From Cenococcum geophilum (taxonomy: Eukaryota), in contig CP158635.1 of the NCBI GenBank assembly GCA_050273025.1, positions 31,186,001 to 31,250,000 of the forward strand: 64,000 nucleotides of DNA. Direction: 5' to 3'. Made by a program: the position numbers and the translations under genes. This document shows positions 40,077 through 52,860 of this stretch, in pieces (position 1 is the first letter of the stretch; each line of letters starts with the position of its first letter). The notes under the pieces are model-generated. The model ran no database searches and had not been told where the DNA came from. It was given only the letters and a program-made list of their open reading frames with translations.

Positions 40077-43000
40077 TATAACGGAACCTTGTAGCAAAAA
40101 CTACGATGGGTCCTGTTATTAGGCTAGGTGTGTAGGAAATACAAGTATAAGAGTTGACAAGTAATAATAACTGGTGGAGTGGTTGCCTAATAGATTAACT
40201 TTAATTGTATTCTAAAAATTACTATAAGGAAGGAACTATCTAGGTAGGGACTAAGGGTCCTTAAATACACAACCGTACTCCTATAAAATCCTTCTTATAT
40301 ATAATATATATGTGCTCTGTCTACTCTTTACAGATTACACAGATCCTACAGATTATATAGATCACGTCATATAACCTCGGTTACCATTCCTCGTCACATA
40401 GCTCTATCGGCTCCATCCTAGACCGTGCCTAAATTAACTAACTAGCTTCTTCCGTCTCTTCTCTAAGTAGTTATAATATTGTACTTAAAGCGTCCGTAAT
40501 ACCATCTCCCTCCTCTTTATCTTCATCCTTAAAGATTTAAAACATCTCCAAGTCGTTTACTAAAGGTATAATATCCGTTTAATCAATTTGGTTAATATTA
40601 TTGCTTATTATACCTAAAGCAATTTCTTCTTCTTTAACTGTCCGTCGTGCCCGCACTATTACTGCAATACTATCTCTTGGTAAGATTATACCGTCTTCGT
40701 GTTCTTGCTGCTTAAAAAAGGGGTTAGTTTATATTGCGTTGGCGAACCTATCTTTGTGATAACTATCCTCTTGCTTGGAGTGCATTAAAGCGAATATTTA
40801 TTTGTCTTGTGACGTTCGCTTTACTTCTAATACTAAATATACGCAACCTATTACTCTTAATAGTCGTCTAGTTCCCTAATTGATTTGTCCTAGGGTTTTA
40901 TATTTAATCTACTATTGCACGGCTAGATAATAAACTGTCTTAGGCCCTTACTAAGTTAGAACATTCTTGTGATGCGGAATAGAAGGCCCTAGATGCTTAG
41001 ATTACGGCGTCTACTTATCTGCTTTATCTTAAGAAGGTTTATAAAAAGGTTCGTTTTAAAGAGTGGAAACTTATAGAATAAGGTTTATAGGAACTTAGCG
41101 ATAAAAGAACGGATTCTCTTTTAACTAAGAAGGAAACAGATCTAAATAGTTTGGTAACTACTCCTCTTAGGTCCCCCTTAGGTAACTTATTCTTTAGCGA
41201 TCCTTCTTTATTAATATTGCCTAACCTAATTTCTTCCGATACTTCTGTACCTTTCTTATAGCGTTTTTTAAATTCTCTAGTGGCTTCTAGGTAGTCTTAG
41301 TATAGCCTATCCACTTAACCTTATACTATATTTTATCGTTAATGTCCTTATAATTAACGATCCTTAAAACTTACCATTTATTTTCTTCCTGTCCTCTATA
41401 TATATCTACTTTATAAACTAGTGGCTTAACATTCCTATATACTGGCTCTAGCATTATAATATACTATATAGGGTAGATCTTTATTTTAGCTGGTAGGTTT
41501 AATTTAAACGTAACTGGTGAAATCCTCTGCGTAATTTTAAAAGGTCCTAGTCTGATATAGTCTAACTTCTTACTTAGTCGTTAACTCTTAAAATTTTTAT
41601 ATAGTAGCCATACTTTATCTCCCTCCTTAAGATCTAGTCCCTTAGATCTCCTAGTGTTATAGTACCTTTTTATTCTCTTTTATACTTTCTTTACTGATTC
41701 CATAAGGTCTGCATAAAGATTCATTAACGTCTTTATTCTTTCTTTGGCTATACTACTTGTTTTCTTTACTTATTATAGTAACAATAATGTTCTTAGCTTA
41801 TATCTATAATTCGCCTTAAATAGTGATGTGCCTATTCCTTTTTAAGGTGTTACGTTATATGCAAACTGTATAACTAGTAATAGTAATACCCAATTATTCT
41901 ATGCGTAATTAATATAGTGCCTTAGATACTGCTCTAGTGTCTAATTTAATCTTTCCGTTTAACCGTCTGTCTGCGGATAATATGCGGTGGAAGTTACTGC
42001 TTAAACTCCTTGCTCTACTAAGAACACTTTCTAAAATACTGCTATAAATCTTAGATCTCTATCCAATATGATTTTGCTTAGTACTCTATGTCTTATAAAC
42101 ACTTCTTTAACATAGATTCTAGCGACATCTTCCGCTAAGATTTCTTCCGTATATACTATAAAGTATCCCTACTTTATAAGCTTGTCTACTATTACTAAGA
42201 TCGCGTTATAATCTTATCTAGTAATAGGATCTTTTAACTTTAGTAACTTTATAATAAAGTCCTATAATATAACCTCCTATAGTCTTTCTGGTGTTTTAAT
42301 AGGTTATAGCCCTCTATATAGCTTATGCCTTGCCAGTTTATTCCTTTAGTAATTTAGGTATTCTTTTATAACCCTCCTAGCTATTTTTTAGATTCTATTA
42401 ATAATGTACTCCTCTTAGAGTCTTAACACTAAGCCTATAGCTTCATTATATCCTTAAGTTAATCCCCTATAGAATTCCTCCATAAATTGCTCTGCTATGC
42501 TTTTTAGGATATACTTTACTTCTCGATTTTTATATATATCTATCTATAGATCTTCTAGTTATACTTCTAGAATCCTTTATGCCTAAAAGCTTTTTGGTAT
42601 CTTATAGACTTTCTCTAGTTCGTTATTCTCTTAAGTTGCTACAATTTTTAGATAATTATACCTAATTAGTCCGTCTATATCTTTTCGCAGTAAAGCCCCT
42701 AATAGCTTTTTATTGTTTTATAGTTCAGCTTTTTAAATTAGAGTATCTGCCCTTATATTGTCTATACCCTTAATATACTAAATCTTAAAATGGTATTTCG
42801 TAAGCATCTCTACCATCTAACCTATCTTTGGTTGAGTTCCTTTATTATTAGGAATCCTATTAGGTTCTTATAATCCGTCTTAACTATAAATAGTTTCTCT
42901 ATGCCTTGTAAGAATGCTCTCTATTTCTTTAATACTGTAACTATACCTAATAACTCTTTATTATAGATGTTATAGTTTAACTCTAGTGGTGTTATCTTCT

Positions 43001-46000
43001 AACTATAGTATGCTACTAGGTGCTATCTATCTTAATATTTTTATATAAAGTATGCCCCTAGTATATAATCTAATGCATCCGTTTCTATAACTGTCTTTAG
43101 TCTAGGTTAGTAGATCTTAAGAACTAGCTCCTAGGTAAATAACTCTTTAACTTTCCTAAAGAGTTCTTATTACTCCTCTCCCCATACCTATAGTTCTTCT
43201 TTCTTCGTTAATCGCGTAAATAGCTTAATATCCTTCAACTATTATGCTATAAACCTTCTGTAGTAATTGCAAAACCCTAGAAATAACCTTAACTATGTAA
43301 TATTCTCTAGTTCTTACTAATTTACTATAGCCTTAATCTTCTTTAGATCTATACTAAGTTGGCCTAGTTTAATAATAAATCTAATAAAATTGGTCTTCCT
43401 AGTGAAGAACTCGCATTTCTTAATTGCTACTAGCATTTGTTCTTCTTATAGTCTCCTTAAAACCTATTTAACGTGTTCCCTATATTCTTCCTTAGTCATT
43501 AAATAGATAATAATATTATTAAGATATACCATAACAAATTCATCTAAGTGTTCTCTTAATATATTGTTAATACGCTTTTAGAATATTGCTAGTGCGTTTA
43601 TAAGCCTAAATTGTATAACTAATGGTTTATATAGTCCTTCCTTTAATCTAAAGGCTGCCTTTTATTCGTCGCCTTCCTAATCCTAATTTAATAGTACGCC
43701 TATCTTAGATCTATTTTTGTAAAGATTTACGCGTTACCTATCCTATTTTGGATTTCGCTAATTAAGGGTAAAGGATACCTATCCTTTCTAGTGATGCTGT
43801 TTAACTGTCTGTAGTTAATACACAGCCTTAGTTTGCCGTTTTTCTTTAGTATAAATAGTACTGGATAACCCACTGATGACTGCGATGGTCTAATGTATCC
43901 CTTTTATAAGTTCTTCTAGATAAACTCTTTTAATGCTCTACCTTCTTCTTTAGTAAGCTTATAGATTAAAAAGAACCTTAGACTTGTTCCTGGCTCTAAC
44001 TCTATCTTATAGTCCCATACTGTATACTCTAATAGCCTTTTACTTTCCGGTAACTATAGTTTCTTGCTATATTTATGGTATCTCTTTAGTATATAACTTA
44101 AGCCTTGCTTAGTCTCTTTATATATTGCTCCAACTTAGTATTATACTAACTTAGCCTGTTGTTATATTTTATAGCGTTAAGTATCCCTAATATCAACCTG
44201 ACCTATAACCCAATTAATCCTTAGATTGTATTCTTATAACTAAGGCATCCTTAATACTACCTTATCCCGTCCTAATAGTAGGATATTAAAAGACATCTTA
44301 ATCCGTCTCCCTTTAATGGTTATTTAAATAGGTCCTATTTTAAGACTAATAATCCCTCCTCCGTAGGCTATTAGATCTCCTAAGATTGTAACTAATAGGT
44401 AAGGTTGTTCCTTCTGTCTATAAAGTAGCCCTATTTTCTTAACTGCTGCTAGTAAGATATAGTTTCGCGTTGCTTTACTATCTATTAGTGCTTTAAACTG
44501 CTAATCTTACTATTTAACTTATAAATTTAGGTGTTGTCCTTGAATTTCCTTAAGGGTCTAAGGCTCTACTACTGGCTCCCTCTAGTTCTGTGGGCCTCTA
44601 CTTTTCCTAACTACTAGCTGCTTAATTTTACTGCACTTAGCTTACTCTTTAGCTAATGCCTAGTTCGCTTTTTATTTTTAATATGCTATAGATATATATT
44701 TTTTAGGCATTTCCACCACTGTTGTCCGTCTAAGTATTTTTCCGTAAGGAATCTTTCTGGTTAAAGTATTAAATCTCCTTCCTCTTAGACTTTTGCTAGA
44801 TGCCATCTATATATATATTTAGCATTCCTATACTATTACTTATCCGTTATCTAGTATATTCTTATAGGGTATTTCTTTCTTTTGGATTCTTATGCATTTC
44901 GTATATATTGTCTATATACGCAATCTATAATAATATGTAGTGTGCTAGGTGCTTTAGGTTAACTCTTAGCTCGTTTTTATTCCTAAGTTTAAACCTCTAT
45001 TATACTAATCTAAACGTTATAACTTTGTTTATAGGTACTAAGATGCGTCTCTTACTTCTCTAATCCTCTAATTGTTCCTTTAGATCCTTTAATATCATGA
45101 TTAAGGCTCCTTTAATATGCGTTATAGCCTTTTCTATAATTAGGTAGTCCTAGATAACTTATTTATCCAACTATATATAGAAATCTTCCTACTTATTATT
45201 GTGCCTTTGCCTATACCACTTTTAGTATAGCTGCTGGAGTGTATACGGCTTATCCGTAAGGAAGTATCTTCTTATTACTGTATTGTAACAGCCCTTAGTG
45301 TGTCGTTCCTCGAACCTAGTAGGGATTTTTAAATCCTCTTTATTTTCTAGTTCGGTAAGCCACTTAGCTCTTAGTATGCCTACTCTCGGCCTATTAGTGA
45401 TCCTTTATACTAGCGCCCTGTCCTTTATACGTCCTAATATGCTAGATCTCTTATCTAGTTTTTGTTCTTACTATGCGATAATTCTTTACCTAAATTCTTC
45501 TATGGTTTCCTTTAGTTTATATCTTATGCTCTAATCCTTAAAGTCTTCTTACTTCTTAATCTTGGTATTAACTTTTTAATCTTTAGTCCGAACACTACGT
45601 TTTACTAATAAGTCCTCTAGGTCTATATATCTGTCTCCTAGTCTAGTTGCTATTTATACTACAGATTCTCTAATTTATAAAGAAGCTCCTTGCCTCTTAC
45701 CTGTGGGTGTCCTAATTTATACTTTAAATTCTTAGTCCCTTAAATTCTTTAATCCTAAGCTTATTTCTAACTTAAGCTTAGCTCTAGCCTTAGTTTAACT
45801 AGGCTTACTTAATGTCCTTATCTTATCTTAAAAGTCTTAAATCTCACTTATCTCGTCTTAAGAATCTTATACCTATAGGAAACTTTGTCCCGAGCTCATT
45901 TATATGTCTTTAAACTAAGCTACTGCTCTACTCCATCGGTTTTCGTCTATTATGGGTCCTTAAGCTTGCCTTATCTTATCTTAAGAATCTTAGTTGTCTC

Positions 46001-48025
46001 TTATCTTATTATAAGAATCTTAAGCCTGTGGCCTTTTACCTTTATTAAGTGCCGAAGTGGTTTATTGTCCTACTTCTCTTATGTCTTGTGAAGCAATAGA
46101 CATTATGTTTAGTGGGGTCTTAATCCCTACTAATATTCCCTATTCTGTAGTGGAATTATCCTCTACCTCTAGTATAACATCTCCAATAGCTGCGTGTTTC
46201 TAGTAAACTGCCCTTATTACCTTATCGTTATAGAGTGTTTCGCCTACGTTAAATTTATCATCCTTAATATCTGATCTGCGAACTGGTTTATTAGTTCCTC
46301 TATATTCTGTAGGTACTAGCTCCTATAGCTAATAGCTTGCGCCGTACTTAGCGTCCTTATGAATTTGGTATGCGTTATTATAACAAAACGCGAAACTTCT
46401 AATTAAATACTCTTTTGTTCCTCGTAGTATATTATTATCCCTCTATACATATATATTGTCTACCGTTAGTCTAGTTCCCTTTATTATATAGTAACTCTAA
46501 CTATCTTTATAATTCCTTATAAAGTAACCTTGTTTTCCATAATTTATATAAGCTCCCTCTCTAAACTATTGCTTTTACTATAGAGTCTGCCTAAACGTCT
46601 TCTGCTACTAAGATCCTTGGTTTAGCCTTTGCTCCTTAGTCCTATAATCACTAGATCCTTAACCTTTAGGTTTTTATAGTTTTTTACTCCATCTCTTATG
46701 GGCTTCTTTAGTACTACTTAAGTCTATTAGCTCTGCGCCATACCATAGTTTTTGACTTAGCTTTAGTTGTTACGTACTCTGCGCCTTATATAACTGTAGA
46801 ACTCTATCCTAGCCTCTCTTGGCCTATTCCCTTTAGTAGATCTAATTATTAATCTTAATCGCTTAATCTATTAGTTCCCTTAGGGTGTCCGCATCTTCTA
46901 TTAGGATAATTATATCCTAGACTTTAGCCTTAAGTCCTTGCTTATACTGTGCTATAAGCGCCCTATTATTCTACTTAACTTATATCGCTAACGTCTGGAA
47001 CTATGTTGTATACTTAATTACTAAGGTTCGCTATATAATGTCTTAGAGTTTTCTTTCTGCCATAGTTACTGCCTTTAGGTCTCTAAACATTTGTATAAGT
47101 TGCTCCACAAATCTATTTTAGCTTAAGAACATAAACCGTACCTCTTAGTTCGTAGTTATTATTCCATTTACCTAGATTTCTATAAGGTAAGGCTTAAACT
47201 ATTTAAGTGCTCTTCCTATTAAGAACAATCCTGCGTACGCTATTTGATCCATAGGTATTACCAGCTTAGCTCCCTCTTGCGCGACCTTAAAGTATATTTG
47301 CGTAAGGAATCCTTTAAGCTTTAATCTTTTACCTAAGTATTTTTTAATTAATGGTAACTTAACCTTTGCTGCGCCTATCCTATTAATCCTATTTTCTAAC
47401 GTTATATTATTTTCTATTAACTAGTTAACTATTTCTTATAACTGTCTGACCGTTACAGGTTGCTATAAGTTAGTGTCTGCTATACTGGTGTCGTTACCTA
47501 ACCTTAAAGTAGTTGCCGCCGTTAATGGCGTTATAGTGGCTGCTTTTGGTAGCATATTATTCGACTCTTTGTATTTAATACTATAACTAGGTAGTAATTA
47601 TATAACGGAACCTTGTAGTAAGAACTACAATGGGTCCTATTATTAGGCTAGGTGTATAGGAAATGTAAGTATAAGAGTTAATAAGTAATAATAACTGGTG
47701 GAGTGGTTGCCCAATAGATTAACTCTAATTATATTCTAAGAATTACTATAAGGAAAGAACTATCTAGGTAGGGACTAAGGGTCCTTAAATACACAACCGT
47801 ACTCCTATAAAATCCTTCTTATATATAATATACGTGTACTCTATCTGCTCTTTACAGATCACACAGATCCTATAGATTATATAGATCACGTCACGTGACC
47901 TTAGTTACCATTCCTCGTTACATAGCTCTATTGGCTCCATCCTAGACCGTGCCTAAATTAACTAACTAGCTTCTTCCATCTCTTCTCTAAGTAGTCGTAA
48001 CATTATACTTAAAGCGTCCGTAACA
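40077..48025 (-). mobile_element. Gypsy/chromovirus LTR retrotransposon I (RIPed, uninterrupted)
   Basis: 425-bp LTRs 40077-40501 and 47601-48025; TSD TATTA. Minus-strand long gag (~47555-44600), protease, RT (~43510), RNase H, integrase, chromodomain (~41250-41380). Confidence 0.95.
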
Positions 48026-48369
48026 TATTAAGTTTTAACCTTTACTTTTGCTAACTTAGAAGTAAATACCTTTACCTTAATTAATATAAAGTGCGCTGTA
48101 AAACTAGCTAACTTTTTAAATATACCCCTTAAAGAACTACCTAAACTAATCCCTATTTATGGTTATAACGGATAAATAGGGCCACCTATTATAACTATCT
48201 TATAGATTTACCTCCGAGTTAACGGACAAAGGTAGTATAACATCCCCTTCCTTATTACGGACCTTAGAAGCTATAATATAATCCTAAAGAGAAAATGGCT
48301 AGCCTATTTAGGCTTATAGCTTAATATATAGAATAGGCAGCTTATCTAGCCCAAAACTATACCCCTAAT

Positions 48370-48790
48370 TGTAAGAGTACATATATTAGATCCCGCCGCG
48401 CTTGCGATCAATATCGCAAGCACTCCGTGTCTTTTTGGCCGAATGGCGACGTTAGGGCGGGAAACGTTACAATTGTGCTTGCGATATTACTGGGGCCAGG
48501 TGTCGTGGGTTCGATCCCCATCGGTCACTTCGCTCTGGTACAGTCTAACGCGCATCCGTGCGATGAGGCGTCGGTGAAGATTCCGATCGCTTACGTTACT
48601 GGGGACTCCTAATATATGGTGCGACTCTTCGTGTGCGGACCCCCTGCGGCTTGGCGTTCGAGGACGAACGCGCAGAGGGGAGGGCAATTGTAAGAGTACA
48701 TATATTAGATCCCGCCGCGCTTGCGATCAATATCGCAAGCACTCCGTGTCTTTTTGGCCGAATGGCGACGTTAGGGCGGGAAACGTTACA
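48370..48790 (+). mobile_element. 421-bp TRIM J, un-RIPed, with tRNA-like A/B boxes
   Basis: Identical 102-bp LTRs 48370-48471 and 48689-48790 (TGTAA...TTACA); TSD CTAAT; PPT AGAGGGGAGGG; PBS complementary to its own LTR. Confidence 0.97.
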
Positions 48791-49307
48791 CTAATGTAAG
48801 GGCGTAGAGAGACTTTGGGGAAGATTTAAAGGAATAATATAAATTCTATCTAAATTTAATAGTATATAGCTCTTGCTAAAAATAAGACGTTATATAAAGA
48901 AGAGAAAGGAATAACAAGAGAATTATATAATTAAATAGTTAGGGGCTTAGTGGTTAATGCGTGCGTATATACGCACGCGGTCTTTAATAGACTTCGGTAG
49001 AATTTAATTAATTTAATAGAATTTAGTTAAAGCGTTAGAATTTATCTATTAAGTATTTTACTAAGACATTCCTACTATAACTAGGCTAGTCCCGTTATAG
49101 TACCCCCCCTTTTAGCAAAAGGTCCAAATAATTTAATTTTAGTTAAGACTTATAACTTATCGCATGTTATATTTTCGCATTAAGTAGTAGTATAGAGTTT
49201 TGCCAATTCTATTATTAAATAGGCTAATTAGGATTTTCCATCCCTAGGATAGAAAATCGCTATTAGCTTAGCTAAGGCAGTAAGCAAAACTAATATCTTT
49301 ATAGTGG

Positions 49308-49386
49308 GTCTTAGTAAGGCGGATCTAAGTAATTAAATAACTTTAACCGGTGGTTAAAGTTCCTTAATATCTTGCGTGTTACGTAA
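49308..49386 (-). other. Conserved hairpin cassette in the Gypsy G 3' UTR
   Basis: AACTTTAACC-GGT-GGTTAAAGTT (49339-49361) plus conserved flanks. Confidence 0.8.
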
Positions 49387-49452
49387 TCGTATTACGAACG
49401 TTATAATATATTTTAAGTTCTTTTTAATTTCAAGCTTCCTGCTATTATGTTT

Positions 49453-49860
49453 TTTTTTGTTTTTTTTTATATATCCATTGTATTATACTACGTATAATAC
49501 TACGCATACAGCCTCTAGGCTATGGCGCTATAGTCCTATATATATAAATCCCTTAGGGCAGCTTAATATGTACTAGTAATTATATCCTAGTAGTTTATAA
49601 GCCCTTAAACTAGGGGTTTATAGTTCCTTAGTAAAATACTAAGTTATAAGCAACTACTAGGGAATGAGAAAACGGTAGAAAACTATAAGGAATAAGAAAT
49701 CCTAACGCCTTTCCCTGTCCTTTTGTAATTTATTTCTGTCCTTTTACTTACTAATATCTCTTTTCTAGAAGCCTAGTAGGAGTTACCTCCTATAGATCCT
49801 ACTATTATTAGCCACTTTCTAGTAGCTATCCCTGTCCTACTTAGAAATAAAAAAAGCGCC
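49453..49860 (-). mobile_element. 5'-truncated copy (K) of LINE C
   Basis: Poly-T, near-identical to 14341-14746; TSD TTATGTTT (49445-49452, 49861-49868). Confidence 0.95.
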
Positions 49861-51751
49861 TTATGTTTCATATATTCGTGTTAGGTAGTAGTTATTTACC
49901 TTTATATTATGTCCATCTAGCCAAAGTAGGCCGCGAAGGATGGTCTTCGTGGAATTCTTTTACTAGGGAAGGCATGTCGGTCTTAATCTAGTTATAGGTC
50001 TCTTAAGTTTATATTTTATATCCTTCCTACTTAATAAGGAGTTTAAATTGTTTAGATTATGTTTTTTATTATATATTATTAATTAAGTTAATAAAGTAAG
50101 AACTATTACCGTTGTTAATAATTATAGGAGGTGGCGGCGGCACTTTGCAGGTTATAGTAAGTTTATATAAAACGTCGGATATATTTTTATTTTAGTTAAT
50201 AGTTTAAGCTTATAAGTATATAGGCTTAGTCTTTTCTTAATTTGGTATAGGCCTACAAACTTCTAATTAAGTTTCTTTAAGGGTTATTAAGTCTTTAGGT
50301 TTTGTATATTTAGGTAAACTATATCGCCTTTCTTAAAGTCCCACGCGGGAGCTCGTCCTTTGTTTATATGCTATTTCTATACTATTTAAGTATACGCTAA
50401 TTTACTTTATAATAGTTCCGTTAACTACTTTATTTAATTAGCGAAGTTATATACGTTAATTAGTTAAATCCTCTTAATTATAGGTCCTGTTGTATTAATT
50501 TTGGGTTATAGTTTAAATCTAAGTTAAGGGTCTTATCCGTAAGTTGCGTAGAACGGCGTTATATATATTAATTTGTTTCTCGTATTATTTATAGTAAACT
50601 TAGCTAAAGGTAGCCACTTTTCCCAGCTATCTTGCAGGTAGAAGTAGTATATTTATAGATATTATTTTATAATTGCGTTTACAATTTTAGTTTAACCATC
50701 TATCTTAGGATAAAATATAGTTAAGAGCTATATTTATATGCTTAATTATTTATATAGGGCTTACTAGAAGCCTAAAACAAACTAGCTTCCGTAGTCGGAT
50801 ATTATTAAATTAGAAAGTTTTTGTACCTTAAACATATACTTAACAAAATATTTAGCTACTAATATTGTATTAATTAAGTCTATAGGAATTATATATTGCA
50901 TTTTTATAAGACGGTTAATAACTATTATAATATTTATAAACCTATTACTGTTAGGCAGGTTAACTACAAAGTTAATTAAAATATCTCGCTATCTTTACAT
51001 TAGAATTGGCAATAGTTAAAGTACTTCTTACTTCTTTATATAAGAGGTCTTCCTACGCACATATATTCTGTATACTTAAACGTATTTTCGTATATAGTTA
51101 TGCATTATAGGCCAGTAATATACTTATTAGATAATCTTATAGTTCTTTATATAGCTAGGGTGCCCTATAGGGGAATCGTATATAAATTTAAGTATTTTAA
51201 ATTATAAGGGTTTGGAATTCGGGACTACTATCTTTTATTAATAGTATAACCAATTATTATAGATTTCGCATTTAGCGAGTGTAATATTCTTATATTGCCG
51301 TTTCCCTATTTAAATCGCTTTTATTATATTTACCATCTAGGAGTTATTCTTATATTTATACTCTATTAATTTATTAATTTTTATATCCCACTTATTAATT
51401 TCCAATTTATTCCTATTAAGCTCCGCATCTAAAAATATAGGGCGTAGTTTCTTAAAGAGTTTAGGGGGCAGTAGAATTCGTAATTAATTTATAATCCGTT
51501 TATTAGAAGCGTTTATAAGTAAGTTCTATAATTATTATATTAATAAGTTAGGCTTTTAATTAAGTTTGCTAGGTTAGTATATAATCTTAAAGTTAAATTA
51601 TAAGAGGTATTCGGCCTAATAAATTTAGCGCTACATTAATTGCTTTATGGTTATAAAGTACTATAGGTTTTTATAGTCCGTTAATACGCGTATTAGAAAT
51701 AATAATCCTTTAAGTTTTAAACGCTAATTATTTAAAGCATCTAATAACTAT

Positions 51752-52860
51752 TATTATTATTATTTGTTCTTGTTTAACGTCTAATACGGTCCTCTTTGCG
51801 AGTCCATACAGACTACTGCCGTGATATAGATACAAAAAACCTCTAAGGCGAACGTGAGTGGTAATATAGAGTGTACCCCTCTAGGTAGCACGCCCGTACT
51901 ACATCAACGGGAGGAAAAATACCTTTTAGGTCGCTGCTCTGAGACCCCCGTACGGGGGTATCCTAGTTGCCTATTTTGCCCTGTCTGCCGCTTGTACCAT
52001 ACTTCCTGATATTATCGTTATAGGTTACCATTAGGTGTCGTGTCTTGCCTACCCCTAGCTCCTTACTGCCCTGTATACGTGTATACGCCTACCTACGGTC
52101 CTCCTATGCAGCATAAATCTAGTCCTGTATAACCTTCTACCCTAGCGGAATAGTGGGGTAAACTAGGTGTCCTAGGGCCCAAACCTAGGTCCCTACTATC
52201 CCCAGCCAAAAGATGTAGAGAGAATAACCGCGTATACTTGGTAAACCCAGGCTGAACGGGTAGGGTAGAAGGCGGGTGGTTGAGAGGCTTGAGATAGGTC
52301 TTCCGCCTGCGAGGTGTATGCGTATATAGGTGCCGTACGGTATATTATGCCTATACCGCATAAGAAGAAGGGGGACGCCGTAGGTTGTAGTGCCGTGGAT
52401 TAAGTGTACTAGACTTATACGTGAAGACGTAGTAGTATTCGTAGGCCTCCGCTGGGGCTCACCCTCCTAGTAGAGACTTCTTTGCACCACCACGTCGCAG
52501 CGCTGGCGCTGCGCAGCCGTACGCACGTCTCTGCGTTTGCTCTAGTAGTCTATCGGCACGATCCAGATGGAACGCCAATAGCTGCATACTAGGTTCCCGG
52601 GCTCCACCGCGTGGAGGTACAGAGGTCGATTTTGGAGTCGTCTTCTTAACTGGGTCTTGGCGCCAAGACCCGTGAAAACTCTGCTGTTCTGACGACGTCA
52701 AGGGTTGAGTATTCGAAGGGGCCCTCTAGCCACGACGTAACGCCGCTGCATCCGTAATAGACGAGATCCTCACTCTTAGCTTGACCTTGCGGACGAGATG
52801 AGACGGAAGGGAACCCCCATACGACAGTATGGGTCGGATCTCGCTTTTGGTGTTCCTTTT
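51752..52860 (-). mobile_element. Non-LTR retroposon L, apparently non-coding (SINE-like), with (TAA)n tail
   Basis: 15-bp TSD GCATCTAATAACTAT (51737-51751, 52861-52875); 3' motif AGTAGTCTG...GACGTTAARCAA shared with M. Confidence 0.85.

Noticed and set aside
48430..48530. Functional tRNA gene
   Set aside because: It has A/B boxes and a T-arm, but no convincing acceptor or anticodon stems, and it spans an LTR/PBS junction.
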